Shown here: positions 1 through 9,500 of the stretch, one piece after another
How the letters are laid out: every line of letters starts with the position of its first letter
Position numbering within the stretch: position 1 is the stretch's first letter
Assembly (NCBI RefSeq): GCF_006345805.1
Contig: NC_043000.1
Coordinates: forward strand, 127,162,001 to 127,226,000
Length of the DNA: 64,000 nt
Source: Octopus sinensis
Taxonomy: Eukaryota
Direction: 5' to 3'
Translations under genes and position numbers: made by a program
Notes under the pieces: generated by a model
What the model was told of the DNA's origin: nothing
Database searches by the model: none
What the model saw: only the letters and a program-made list of their open reading frames with translations

Positions 1-1647
1 TTTACGGCCAAATTGAAAGCCGGGTTGAACCACAAAACTTTCCTGGTCCTAGTTCTTCGTGCAGCATTATTATTAGCATTAAGCTGGTTGAACTGGATCT
101 TTAATGCGCTATCGTAATAAGGTGCAGCATTATGGAATGCTGCCTCGTCCGAAGAAATTGAAGATATTCTTCTACCTACATTGCTGACTAAGTTGCTAAG
201 GATAACTGGTGGATGGTTCGAATCTTTGCTAATATACGATAGCTTTTCATTGGGCTTACGGAAAGGTTTAAATCTATCCGATCTTACATTAAAATTTACG
301 TCTAAAAAATCTACACTATTCAGGTTAGTATCTATCGTAATCCGTAAGCCCATCCTTTGAAAGAAAGCTATAAGGTCCTTCCTAAGTCTATCTGATTCAT
401 GGCCGTTTAGATTATGCGTGGCTATAAGGCCGTCATCCCTATATAGACCTGCATCTATAAATGGGAATTCTATTTTTAGATTATGGAGAATAAAGGCTCC
501 TATGAGCATACATAATTCAGCCCCGTCGTATGCCCCCATCGGTACATCGAAAAGAGAATCCTCAGTCTTCTTAATCCAGGTGGAATCCTCGAAAAACAGA
601 AGCGATTTCCTCGCATGCATAATAATTTCAATTTCCGAGCTATCGATGTTGACATACTGCTTGGCGAAGTCCAATGCCCTTAGGAGCAACGTCCTAGATA
701 TCGACGGGTAAAAGTCAATAATGTCGAATTGTGTGAAACTACAATTATTCTTATAGCTAATACCTTTAAACCACTCTATAACTGACTTACTATTCTTCCA
801 AATTCTCAAGTCTACTTCACTATCTAACTTAACTAAAATACGGTCAAATATTTTTGCTAATAATTCCTATCTCAGTTTTAGCCGGATTTATCAATCTACA
901 TTTGGGGTTTCTACTAAAATTGTCTTTATGGTCTTTCAGAGTAATAAAAGCTGGTCGTGGTGAAAGGTATTCAATCCTATCGCTAATCTTAAGATCGTTA
1001 GCTATTCCTCTTGCTTCTAAGTTCACCTCTTTGTATATATTCGTGTTGTCTTTTTTGTATGTGTCCGTGACACTATTCGAAATCAGGCGTTTATAAACGT
1101 CCTTATCAAGTGCATATAAGTTCCTTGTCTTGTCAGAATTAACGAAGATCTTATTCGAGTCGTTAATCTCCTTAATTTTTTCTCTCATGTTTTTTTGCAA
1201 TTGGTTGGTAAATTTGCGGAATTTAATTTTCCTAATAAGCTCGAAAAGGTCTTTCTCGAAGGCTTCTAATTCCGGAATCGGTGGTGGGTTTCTGGGAGAT
1301 TTAAATCCATATTTGTTACCTTCTATTTTCTGTTTATTATCAAAGAAGAAGGCTTTCCATCTCAGTCTTCTAATAAACTCTTCCGTTTTCTCTATAAGAC
1401 CTTTGATATATTGTTTCCGTGCAGGGATAGGTATATTTTTCTGAGATAAATCCAGCGGGTAAAGTTCCATCTTTTTCATCTGTTTGTTCTTCCTACTTGT
1501 GCAGAGTCGCTCAAACTTTTACAAGGAGCGGGTTAGACCGGAGTAAACACATAAATGTGAAACAAGGTGGAAAAAAGAGTACTCAAATACCAGTGGTAGA
1601 GTAATATGCTTTATTTTAAGCAGCAGAAAATTCAACAAAATCTGTTA
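1..1647 (-). mobile_element. Penelope-like element (PLE), left inverted copy: 5' UTR, ORF start and RT, running out of the window to the left
   Basis: 1-1235 is the reverse complement of 1645-2880, with 2 differences found in a line-by-line comparison. 1236-1479 supplies the N-terminus missing from the + copy. 1609-1647 is the reverse complement of the + copy tail 4565-4603 (pseudo-LTR-type redundancy). Confidence 0.92.
844..1479 (-). CDS. PLE polyprotein N-terminal region (SQKNIPIP...RLRWKAFFF...YGFKS...SDKTRNLY...KCRLINPAK), ending at a frameshift (ATT TGA)
   Basis: ATG at 1479. Motifs resemble PLE N-termini, and DKT sits where the PLE DKG motif is expected. The RT reading resumes in another frame after 844. 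Confidence 0.85.
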   Translation of the reverse strand: MKKMELYPLDLSQKNIPIPARKQYIKGLIEKTEEFIRRLRWKAFFFDNKQKIEGNKYGFKSPRNPPPIPELEAFEKDLFELIRKIKFRKFTNQLQKNMREKIKEINDSNKIFVNSDKTRNLYALDKDVYKRLISNSVTDTYKKDNTNIYKEVNLEARGIANDLKISDRIEYLSPRPAFITLKDHKDNFSRNPKCRLINPAKTEIGIISKNI

Positions 1648-2071
1648 GGAAAATTAAATTCCGCAAATTTACCAACCAATTGCAAAAAAACATGAGAGAA
1701 AAAATTAAGGAGATTAACGACTCGAATAAGATCTTCGTTAATTCTGACAAGACAAGGAACTTATATGCACTTGATAAGGACGTTTATAAACGCCTGATTT
1801 CGAATAGTGTCACGGACACATACAAAAAAGACAACACGAATATATACAAAGAGGTGAACTTAGAAGCAAGAGGAATAGCTAACGATCTTAAGATTAGCGA
1901 TAGGATTGAATACCTTTCACCACGACCAGCTTTTATTACTCTGAAAGACCATAAAGACAATTTTAGTAGAAACCCCAAATGTAGATTGATAAATCCGGCT
2001 AAAACTGAGATAGGAATTATTAGCAAAAATATTTAGACCGTATTTTAGTTAAGTTAGATAGTGAAGTAGAC

Positions 2072-3523
2072 TTGAGAATTTGGAAGAATAGTAAGTCAGT
2101 TATAGAGTGGTTTAAAGGTATTAGCTATAAGAATAATTGTAGTTTCACACAATTCGACATTATTGACTTTTACCCGTCGATATCTAGGACGTTGCTCCTA
2201 AGGGCATTGGACTTCGCCAAGCAGTATGTCAACATCGATAGCTCGGAAATTGAAATTATTATGCATGCGAGGAAATCGCTTCTGTTTTTCGAGGATTCCA
2301 CCTGGATTAAGAAGACTGAGGATTCTCTTTTCGATGTACCGATGGGGGCATACGACGGGGCTGAATTATGTATGCTCATAGGAGCCTTTATTCTCCATAA
2401 TCTAAAAATAGAATTCCCATTTATAGATGCAGGTCTATATAGGGATGACGGCCTTATAGCCACGCATAATCTAAACGGCCATGAATCAGATAGACTTAGG
2501 AAGGACCTTATAGCTTTCTTTCAAAGGATGGGCTTACGGATTACGATAGATACTAACCTGAATAGTGTAGATTTTTTAGACGTAAATTTTAATGTAAGAT
2601 CGGATAGATTTAGACCTTTCCGTAAGCCCAATGAAAAGCTATCGTATATTAGCAAAGATTCGAACCATCCACCAGTTATCCTTAGCAACTTAGTCAGCAA
2701 TGTAGGTAGAAGAATATCTTCAATTTCTTCGGACGAGGCAGCATTCCATAATGCTGCACCTTATTACGATAGCGCATTAAAGATCCAGTTCAACCAGCTT
2801 AATGCTAATAATAATGCTGCACGAAGAACTAGGACCAGGAAAGTTTTGTGGTTCAACCCGGCTTTCAATTTGGCCGTAAAGACTAATATAGGTAAGGAAT
2901 TTTTGAGATTAGTCTCTAAGCATTTTAAGCAGGGTCATAAATTCTACAGAATATTTAATAGAAGAACCCTGAAGGTTAGCTATTCTTGTTGCAGAAATTT
3001 CGCCTCTTACATTAGCCAACATAATAGGAAGCTAATTGAGATTAGACATGGTGCCGAGCCCATTAAGAAATGTAATTTCAAAAACGAAAGCTCCTGTCCG
3101 TTAGAAGGGAAATGTCTAGTGAAAGGAGTAGTTTATAGAGCCAAGGTGCAAGTGGAAGGCTCATCGGAATACAAGACATACACAGGGGCTTCAGAAAATT
3201 CATTTAAAACAAGATTTTATTCTCATAAGAATTCTTTTAAATACCCAGAGAATAGGAAGAAAACCAGCCTAGCAAAATATGTCTGGGAACTAAAAGAAAA
3301 GGAAGCCCCACCTTTCAACGTGACATGGAGCATTCTGGACAGGGCGGCACCATACAGGCATGGAGCTTACAAATATAATTTCAAGTGCAAGCTTTGCTTA
3401 TTAGAGAAAATGCACATATTATTCAAAGACAATAATTCTTTGAATCAAAGAAGTGAGTTAATGAACTTATGTAGGCACGCGGCTAAATTTAAAATGTCGA
3501 ATATAAATATACCATATGGATAG
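2072..3523 (+). CDS. PLE reverse transcriptase + C-terminal GIY-YIG endonuclease (frame is open from 2036: GAC CGT ATT TTA...)
   Basis: RT motifs QFDIIDFYPSI, FDVPMGAYDGAELC, GLYRDDGL, VDFLDVNFN. Cys-rich linker C..CPLEGKC. GIY-YIG variant GVVY...YTG, R (KTRFYSH), E (LCLLEK), N (SLNQRSEL). Confidence 0.93.
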   Translation: MRIWKNSKSVIEWFKGISYKNNCSFTQFDIIDFYPSISRTLLLRALDFAKQYVNIDSSEIEIIMHARKSLLFFEDSTWIKKTEDSLFDVPMGAYDGAELCMLIGAFILHNLKIEFPFIDAGLYRDDGLIATHNLNGHESDRLRKDLIAFFQRMGLRITIDTNLNSVDFLDVNFNVRSDRFRPFRKPNEKLSYISKDSNHPPVILSNLVSNVGRRISSISSDEAAFHNAAPYYDSALKIQFNQLNANNNAARRTRTRKVLWFNPAFNLAVKTNIGKEFLRLVSKHFKQGHKFYRIFNRRTLKVSYSCCRNFASYISQHNRKLIEIRHGAEPIKKCNFKNESSCPLEGKCLVKGVVYRAKVQVEGSSEYKTYTGASENSFKTRFYSHKNSFKYPENRKKTSLAKYVWELKEKEAPPFNVTWSILDRAAPYRHGAYKYNFKCKLCLLEKMHILFKDNNSLNQRSELMNLCRHAAKFKMSNINIPYG

Positions 3524-4532
3524 AGTATATTTTTGTATTTTGATTTGTTGATTTTGATTTTGACTCTTGAGCGCTACGACGGACCTATAGCAAAGTCTTA
3601 TTGTTTCTACATATATATTAGGAAAAACCTACAAACTTTGTTTTCATGTTATTGTATTGCATAAGATTACCTTGATTATTTATATTACCTTGATTATTTA
3701 TAAATGACCCAAAATAGGATGTTATATTTTATTTTATATGTCTTTCGTATATATTTTTATTAATGCACCCATTTTTTAAAAGCAATGTTTTTTTTAAAAA
3801 AAGCAATGTTGTCAAATTTAGAATGTTTATATAAGTTTGTGTATAGCAAAGCATATGTATTTGTAAGCATGCGTATCTGTGTATGTGTAAGTGAAAGTAT
3901 GCTTGTGCTTAAGCACGCATACACACGACGGTATGTATATGTATCAATTCAAACTTGTGTATGTATACTGGCCTCTATAGATGCCAATAATATCGCTACA
4001 AGTTTTTTCCCCACCCCTCCTTCGTTCCTTTTTCTCTCTTTCCCTTTCTTTCGTTCCCCCTCCTTGCTCAGTATATGAGAATTGCTACATAGATGAATTT
4101 TAGCTTGCGTGCGAGACGGTTTGCGTGAATATATGTACACATGCTTTTATGTGTATAATTTAGATTCATATTCATACGTCTGTATATGTATGTATGGCGT
4201 TTACGCGCATCCTTTTGTGTATGTTGATATATATATGTGGATTTTAATATAAATATGTATTGCAGTATTTATAACAGGTTTAATTTCTATGCATTAATTT
4301 GTACTGTCTTCATTAACGGCAATAGGTTTTTTCCTCGGTTTTTTCCTCGGATTTTATAATTTTTATAAGTTTTTTTATATATATATACATATATTTTTGA
4401 CCTTTTTGTTTATCGCTCGAAGATTGACCGTTGTTTCTAAAGGGCCAATCAAACAAGTCCATTTCTTTTTAAAGGTGTAGCGTTTGTAAGAGTATAGATT
4501 GAATTTATATATATGTTCCATTCTAGCAAAAA

Positions 4533-4570
4533 CTGTCTGATGAACGGCAACGAGAAACTCAGAGTAACAG
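4533..4570 (+). ncRNA. Minimal type-I hammerhead ribozyme of the PLE pseudo-LTR
   Basis: Stem I CTGT(4533-36)/ACAG(4567-70); core CTGATGA(4537-43); stem II CG-GCAA-CG; GAAA(4554-57); stem III CTC-A-GAG; GUA cleavage triplet, predicted cut after 4566. A-A mismatch at the base of stem II. Confidence 0.8.
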
Positions 4571-4603
4571 ATTTTGTTGAATTTTCTGCTGCTTAAAATA
4601 AAG

Positions 4604-4630
4604 TATATATATAATATATACATATATATA

Positions 4631-4700
<70 letters not shown>

Positions 4701-4770
4701 TAATATATATATATATGTATACACACATATATATACACATATATACATACACACACACACATATATGCAC
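4604..4770. repeat. (TA)n/(CA)n microsatellite at the PLE 3' junction
   Basis: Direct reading. Confidence 0.95.
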
Positions 4771-5122
4771 AAATGACAGGCTTCTACACAGTTTCTTTCT
4801 ATCAAATTCTTTGAGAAGGTATTAGTCAGCTCAGGGCTACAATAGAAATATAATTGCCCAAGGGGGCCAAACATTAGAACTGAACCTGTAACCACATGGT
4901 GGTTGCAAAGCAAGCATTTAAAGTAATAGATTTTACAATAAAACGAAGTTTGATAACAAGAAAAGACAAAATACTATTGTTAAAAATATTGTCAGGCACT
5001 TCATTTTTCTCATGAGTTATGAAGTCATTGAGAATGCACTGTTATTGGCCTTACAATGTCATAAGACATTTTTACTGCTAGCCTTTATATACATTTTCTT
5101 TTCTATTTTATGAATAATAATA

Positions 5123-5260
5123 GGCATAGGAGTGGCTGTGTGGTAAGTAGCTTGCTTCCGAACCACATGGTTCCGGGTTCAGTCCCACTGCGTGGCACCT
5201 TGGGCAAATGTCTTCTATTATAGCCTCGGATTTGGTAGACAGAAGCTAAAAGAAGTCAAT

Positions 5261-5308
<48 letters not shown>

Positions 5309-5503
5309 TTCCCCCAACATCGCTTGACAACCAATGCTGGTGTGTTTATGTCCCCGTAACTTAGTGGTTCGGCAAAAGAGACCGACAGAATAAGTACTAG
5401 GCTTACAAAGAATAAGTCCTGGGGTCGAATTGTTCGACTAAAGGCAGTGCTCCAGCATGGCCACAGTCACATGATTGAAACGAGTAAAAGAGAAAAGAGA
5501 GAG
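5123..5503 (+). mobile_element. tRNA-derived SINE, family 1 (internal (TG)n, GAAAC-AGTAAAAGA tail)
   Basis: A-box-like TGGCTGTGTGG 5133-43, B-box-like GGTTCAGTCCC 5176-86. Related copies at ~52605-52990 (+), ~60455-60855 (+), ~61365-61712 (-), ~63190-63570. Confidence 0.8.
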
Positions 5504-6418
5504 TAATAGTATAATTGGTTAGTTTCTCAATGGCTCAATGACTGGTTCACTGGATTTATGGTGGCAAGAGTGAAAAGAGACAAGGGACATTGTGCAACTT
5601 GGAAAGAATGAATATCACAAGGGACTTTGTTCAAAGGAACCAGTTTATCATATTCCTCATGGGTATTTATATATTTCATCAATATACAATTTTGAAAGGT
5701 ACATACATGCAGATGCAAGCACACATATGTATAAAGATTCTGTCTACCAAATTCCACTGGCATTGTATTGGTCAGTCCAAGGCCATGGTTGAAGTCATGA
5801 GTCTATGGAGCAGTGGGATGCAACTCAGAATGATGTAATTGCAAGATAAATCCTTTTAACCACGTACCATGTTTACTGTTGATCATGGGAATATGAATTT
5901 ATGAGAGTATACAAATGTATTCCCAGAATCTTTCTTGATAATATAGACATTAATTCAATTAAAGCAATTAATGCAGTGAATTGACAGAATAGTTTGCATG
6001 CTAGATGAAACACTTAACAGCATTTCTTCTGGCTCTTTACAAATGCAACCAAGGTGAACTTTGCCTTTTATCCTTTCATGATTGATAACAGAAACATCTG
6101 TTAAGCACCAGGGTTGATGTAATTGAGTTCCCCTCCCCTTAAAAATATTGCTGGCCTTGTGTCAAAATTAAAATAATTAATTAAAATAACTGCTATATTT
6201 ATTCATGTGATTAAGTTGGATCCCTAATTTGGTTTTAAATCTTGGTACAAAACTTTGTCCTTTCATAGTTTTATCTTTGCCTCAAGTATAAGTTATGACA
6301 GTTCTTGTAATTAAAATCGATCTTTGCCTTAAGTATAAGTTATGAGACAGTTTTTGTAATTAAAATCGATTATAAGATAATGATTTATACATGAGTAAAC
6401 ACAGCAAGTAAATGTTAC

Positions 6419-6583
6419 CTTCAATTTATTGGTTTTCATCAGTATAGTTGACTTATCTCCAGCTGTGTCAGAGCAAATGCTAAGAGACTCTTGGGCACTC
6501 TTCAACCAACTTTTGAAGTGGTCAGCAGAATCAATGAAGTTTTGCTGTTGAGCCACTTGCAATTCGGCAGTGCTCAGTTGACC
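6419..6583 (-). CDS. SYNE1-like: Spectrin-repeat exon 16 of 16 (165 nt, phase 0/0): [16 protein letters not shown]...MKTNKLK
   Basis: ttctctag acceptor; AAG|GTAACA donor. Confidence 0.9.
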
Positions 6584-9500
6584 CTAGAGAAAAATAAATA
6601 TCAATGAAAATAGAATAAAATAAAAATGAGGAAAAACAATATTGCAATTGGAAAATTTATGAAATTGAAATGCATAATGGCTTTATAATGATCATATACA
6701 TATTATGGTTGGTGCCATAATGATTATACACAGCAGTAATTACATAACACGTGGCTTGGTTCTAATAATTCTTTTTGCAGCAATTAATCAAAATTTTGAT
6801 ACTGTTATTACAATTTAATAATTAATTACAGACTAATTAGTCTAATATCATTTGTTAATTGCTATTTTAGCTGAGTAATATTTTTGTTTTCAAAATAATG
6901 ACGTAAAAATAAAAACAACTATAACATACTTGTGCCAACTCTTTGACAGAATCATATTGACTGGATATCTTGGAAATATCTGTTGATGCTCCATCAGTAC
7001 TGTCAAGTGAGTTCAGTTCTTGACCTTTAAGTACAGCGGAGTCAATAATAGCAGAATAGGAAATAATATCTTGGTAGATGTTCTAGAAAGAGAATAAAAA
7101 TATATTTAGCAATTTAAGGCTTATGATTGATTGCAAAGAAACTGTAAAAGCAATTTATAGTTTTTAATAAATAATATATTATATCATATGACAGATATTC
7201 TGAAAAGTTATTTAAGAAATATTGATATATAAATAAAATTATAGAGAAGTAAATTCCAATGTTGATTTTTCCTAGAAAATAATAACATAGTTATTAGTTG
7301 ACATGTCAGTACTGATATTCAGAGCACATAAAACCTAACATAAAAGTTTACTTCAGAGAGATATTGCTGTAATATTTCATATCAATATTGAAAGTGAAGT
7401 TAATAATGTCTGTGAATTATCATAAAATAAATAAGCTACATCATTAATTCAATTATGCTCTGCTAATAGATGAAATAATTTAAAATCAACAATAGAAAAA
7501 CGTTCTCTAACAGCACAAATAGATGTGTTTTATTTTGTTAAGTGTAAGTAAATAATTTATTGCTTAATTTGAGAATGATTAGCAGAAAATATTTCCAGAC
7601 AGCAATTTTGTCCTCATAAGGACATCAAAGAGGAATATCATATCATTTCACCCAATGCCTAAGATGTAGCTGCCTCTGTCCCCCATTCACTTTTATTCAC
7701 TTTGTACCTTGAGGGGCCACCCAGACACTTTGTTACTATTTTCATCTCTTTCTAACCCCATCTGGTCTATCCTACTCATCATTATCACCATCATCATTTA
7801 ACATCCATTTTCCATCCTGGTATGGGCTGGATTGTTTGACAGGAACTGGCAAGCCAGAAGGCTACACCAGGTTCCAAATATCTGTTTAGGCATGGTTTCA
7901 ATGGCTGAATGCCCTTCCTAATGCTAACTACTTTACAGAATGTACTAGGTGCTTTTTATATGGCACCTGCACTAGTGCTATCATGTGACACCAGTACAGG
8001 TGCTTTGTATGTGGCACTGGCACAGGTGTTTTCTCCACGATATTGACACAGGTACTTTCTATGTGGTATTGGCACATGGCTGGTTTTCTATGTGGCCCCA
8101 GCATGGGTGCTTTTTACATGAAACTGATACATGTATTCATTACATGACACCAATACAGGTGCATTCTACATGGCACAATCACCCATGAGCTCACAAGACA
8201 AGAACCTCTGAGAGAGAGAGTGGGTGGTATCGTTGTACCAAGAAACTTGTTCAGTTCTAGCCCCTCTTCTCACACATTAACCCCTCATTTCCTAGAAAAA
8301 ATCCACCCCCATCTAGGAATCATATTCTTGCAAACTGAATGTGATCCCCATTATTGCTGGTGTCATGAAAAGCACCCACTATGCACTGAAAATTGGTTGG
8401 CATTAGGAAGAGCATCCAGCCACAGAAACCATACCAATGCAGACACTGGAGGCTGGTGCAGTCCTTGGGCCCATCAAATCTTGTCAACCCATCCAAACCA
8501 TGCTTAGCATGGAACATGGACATTTAGATGATGATGATTCTAATGTAGCAAATATCCATGTAAAACATTCAACGTTTTCTTTGAGTCAGTGATTACAGGA
8601 AAATATTTCTAAACAAACATTTTTCCCATATTAGTTAATCAAAGAGAAATATTATATTATGGTATATGGTACAGTTCACCTTACTCCATAAAGAGTATAG
8701 GAATGGTTTCCTGGTTTCTCTGACATTTACATTCATCTCTGGATGGAATGCCGGTCTGTCACAAAGTTACTCGTTTTTACCAGTTGAATGGAGTGGAGCA
8801 ACATGAAATGAAGTATCTTGTTCAAGAACACAACACGCTGCCTAGTCCAGGAATCAAAACCATACTCTTGTGATCATGAGTCAACACCCTAACCACTATG
8901 TCATGCACCTCCACATATCATGGTATCCCTACGTATGAAATATAGACGGTTTCTATGTAAGTCACTCAACTGTTTCCTTTCAAATCAGTATTGAAAGGGT
9001 GGTAAAAAGTTGCTCCCAAACCACATGGCTCTGGGTTCAGTGTGGAACCTTGGGAAAGTGTCTTCGCTGCCAATAACATCAATGTATTTGAGTAGTCTTT
9101 CTCCTATATTAGGGTGCAGATATCTCCAAGATATAAGATCTGATATAGTCTACAGTTATTCAGCCCAGTAGTAGTGATCAGCAGGACCTATCTTTTTTAT
9201 TTGTGTAAACAATTGTTGAGATGGGTGGCATGCATTTATAGACCTTCTCTATGGGCTTTTGCACACAATCATGAGGTGTTTTGAGCATTGTGAGAAGACA
9301 AGTTCACAATACTCCATTCTACACTTGGTGACTGTGGAAGCATGTGGCCTAGTTGTAAGGGTGTAGCACTCATGTCCTTAGACTGTGGTATGATTCCTGG
9401 ACTGGGTGGCATATTGTGTTCTTGAGAAATACACTTCATTTTACATTGCTCCAGTTCACTCAGCTGAGTAACCCTGTGATGGACTGGCATCCAGTGGGGG

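Larger units (their letters stand above)
1645..4603 (+). mobile_element. Penelope-like element, right copy, 5'-truncated, with RT-GIY-YIG ORF, ~1.08-kb 3' region and hammerhead; ends in (TA)n
   Basis: ORFs 1680-2036 and 2072-3523 are collinear with a 1-nt frame offset. Hammerhead at 4533-4570. Homology to the left copy's 5' UTR ends at ...AAATAAAG (4603), directly before the microsatellite. Confidence 0.92.

Noticed and set aside
1480-1600. Possible intron in the PLE 5' UTR (CTAAC, then ...ACAAACAG|ATG on minus)
   Set aside because: The pyrimidine tract lies upstream of the CTAAC rather than between it and the AG; unsupported without RNA data.
418-2463. ORFs 418-711, 854-1096, 1130-1444, 1784-2026, 2170-2463
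   Set aside because: Antisense shadows of the PLE ORF, duplicated only because of the inverted arms.
3524-4530. SECIS or selenoprotein signal in the PLE 3' region
   Set aside because: No in-frame TGA in the ORF (stop is TAG) and no convincing SECIS fold by eye.
4375-4913. Low-complexity YI/CV/TH-rich ORFs here and at ~34868, 35932, 39036-39938, 45322-45693, 51682-52123; poly-I/H/N ORFs at 34364, 40787-41188
   Set aside because: Translations of (TA)n, (CA)n, (CAT)n and (AAT)n microsatellites.
5123-5200. tRNA genes at A/B-box sites
   Set aside because: These are SINE heads with no complete cloverleaf and continue into SINE bodies.
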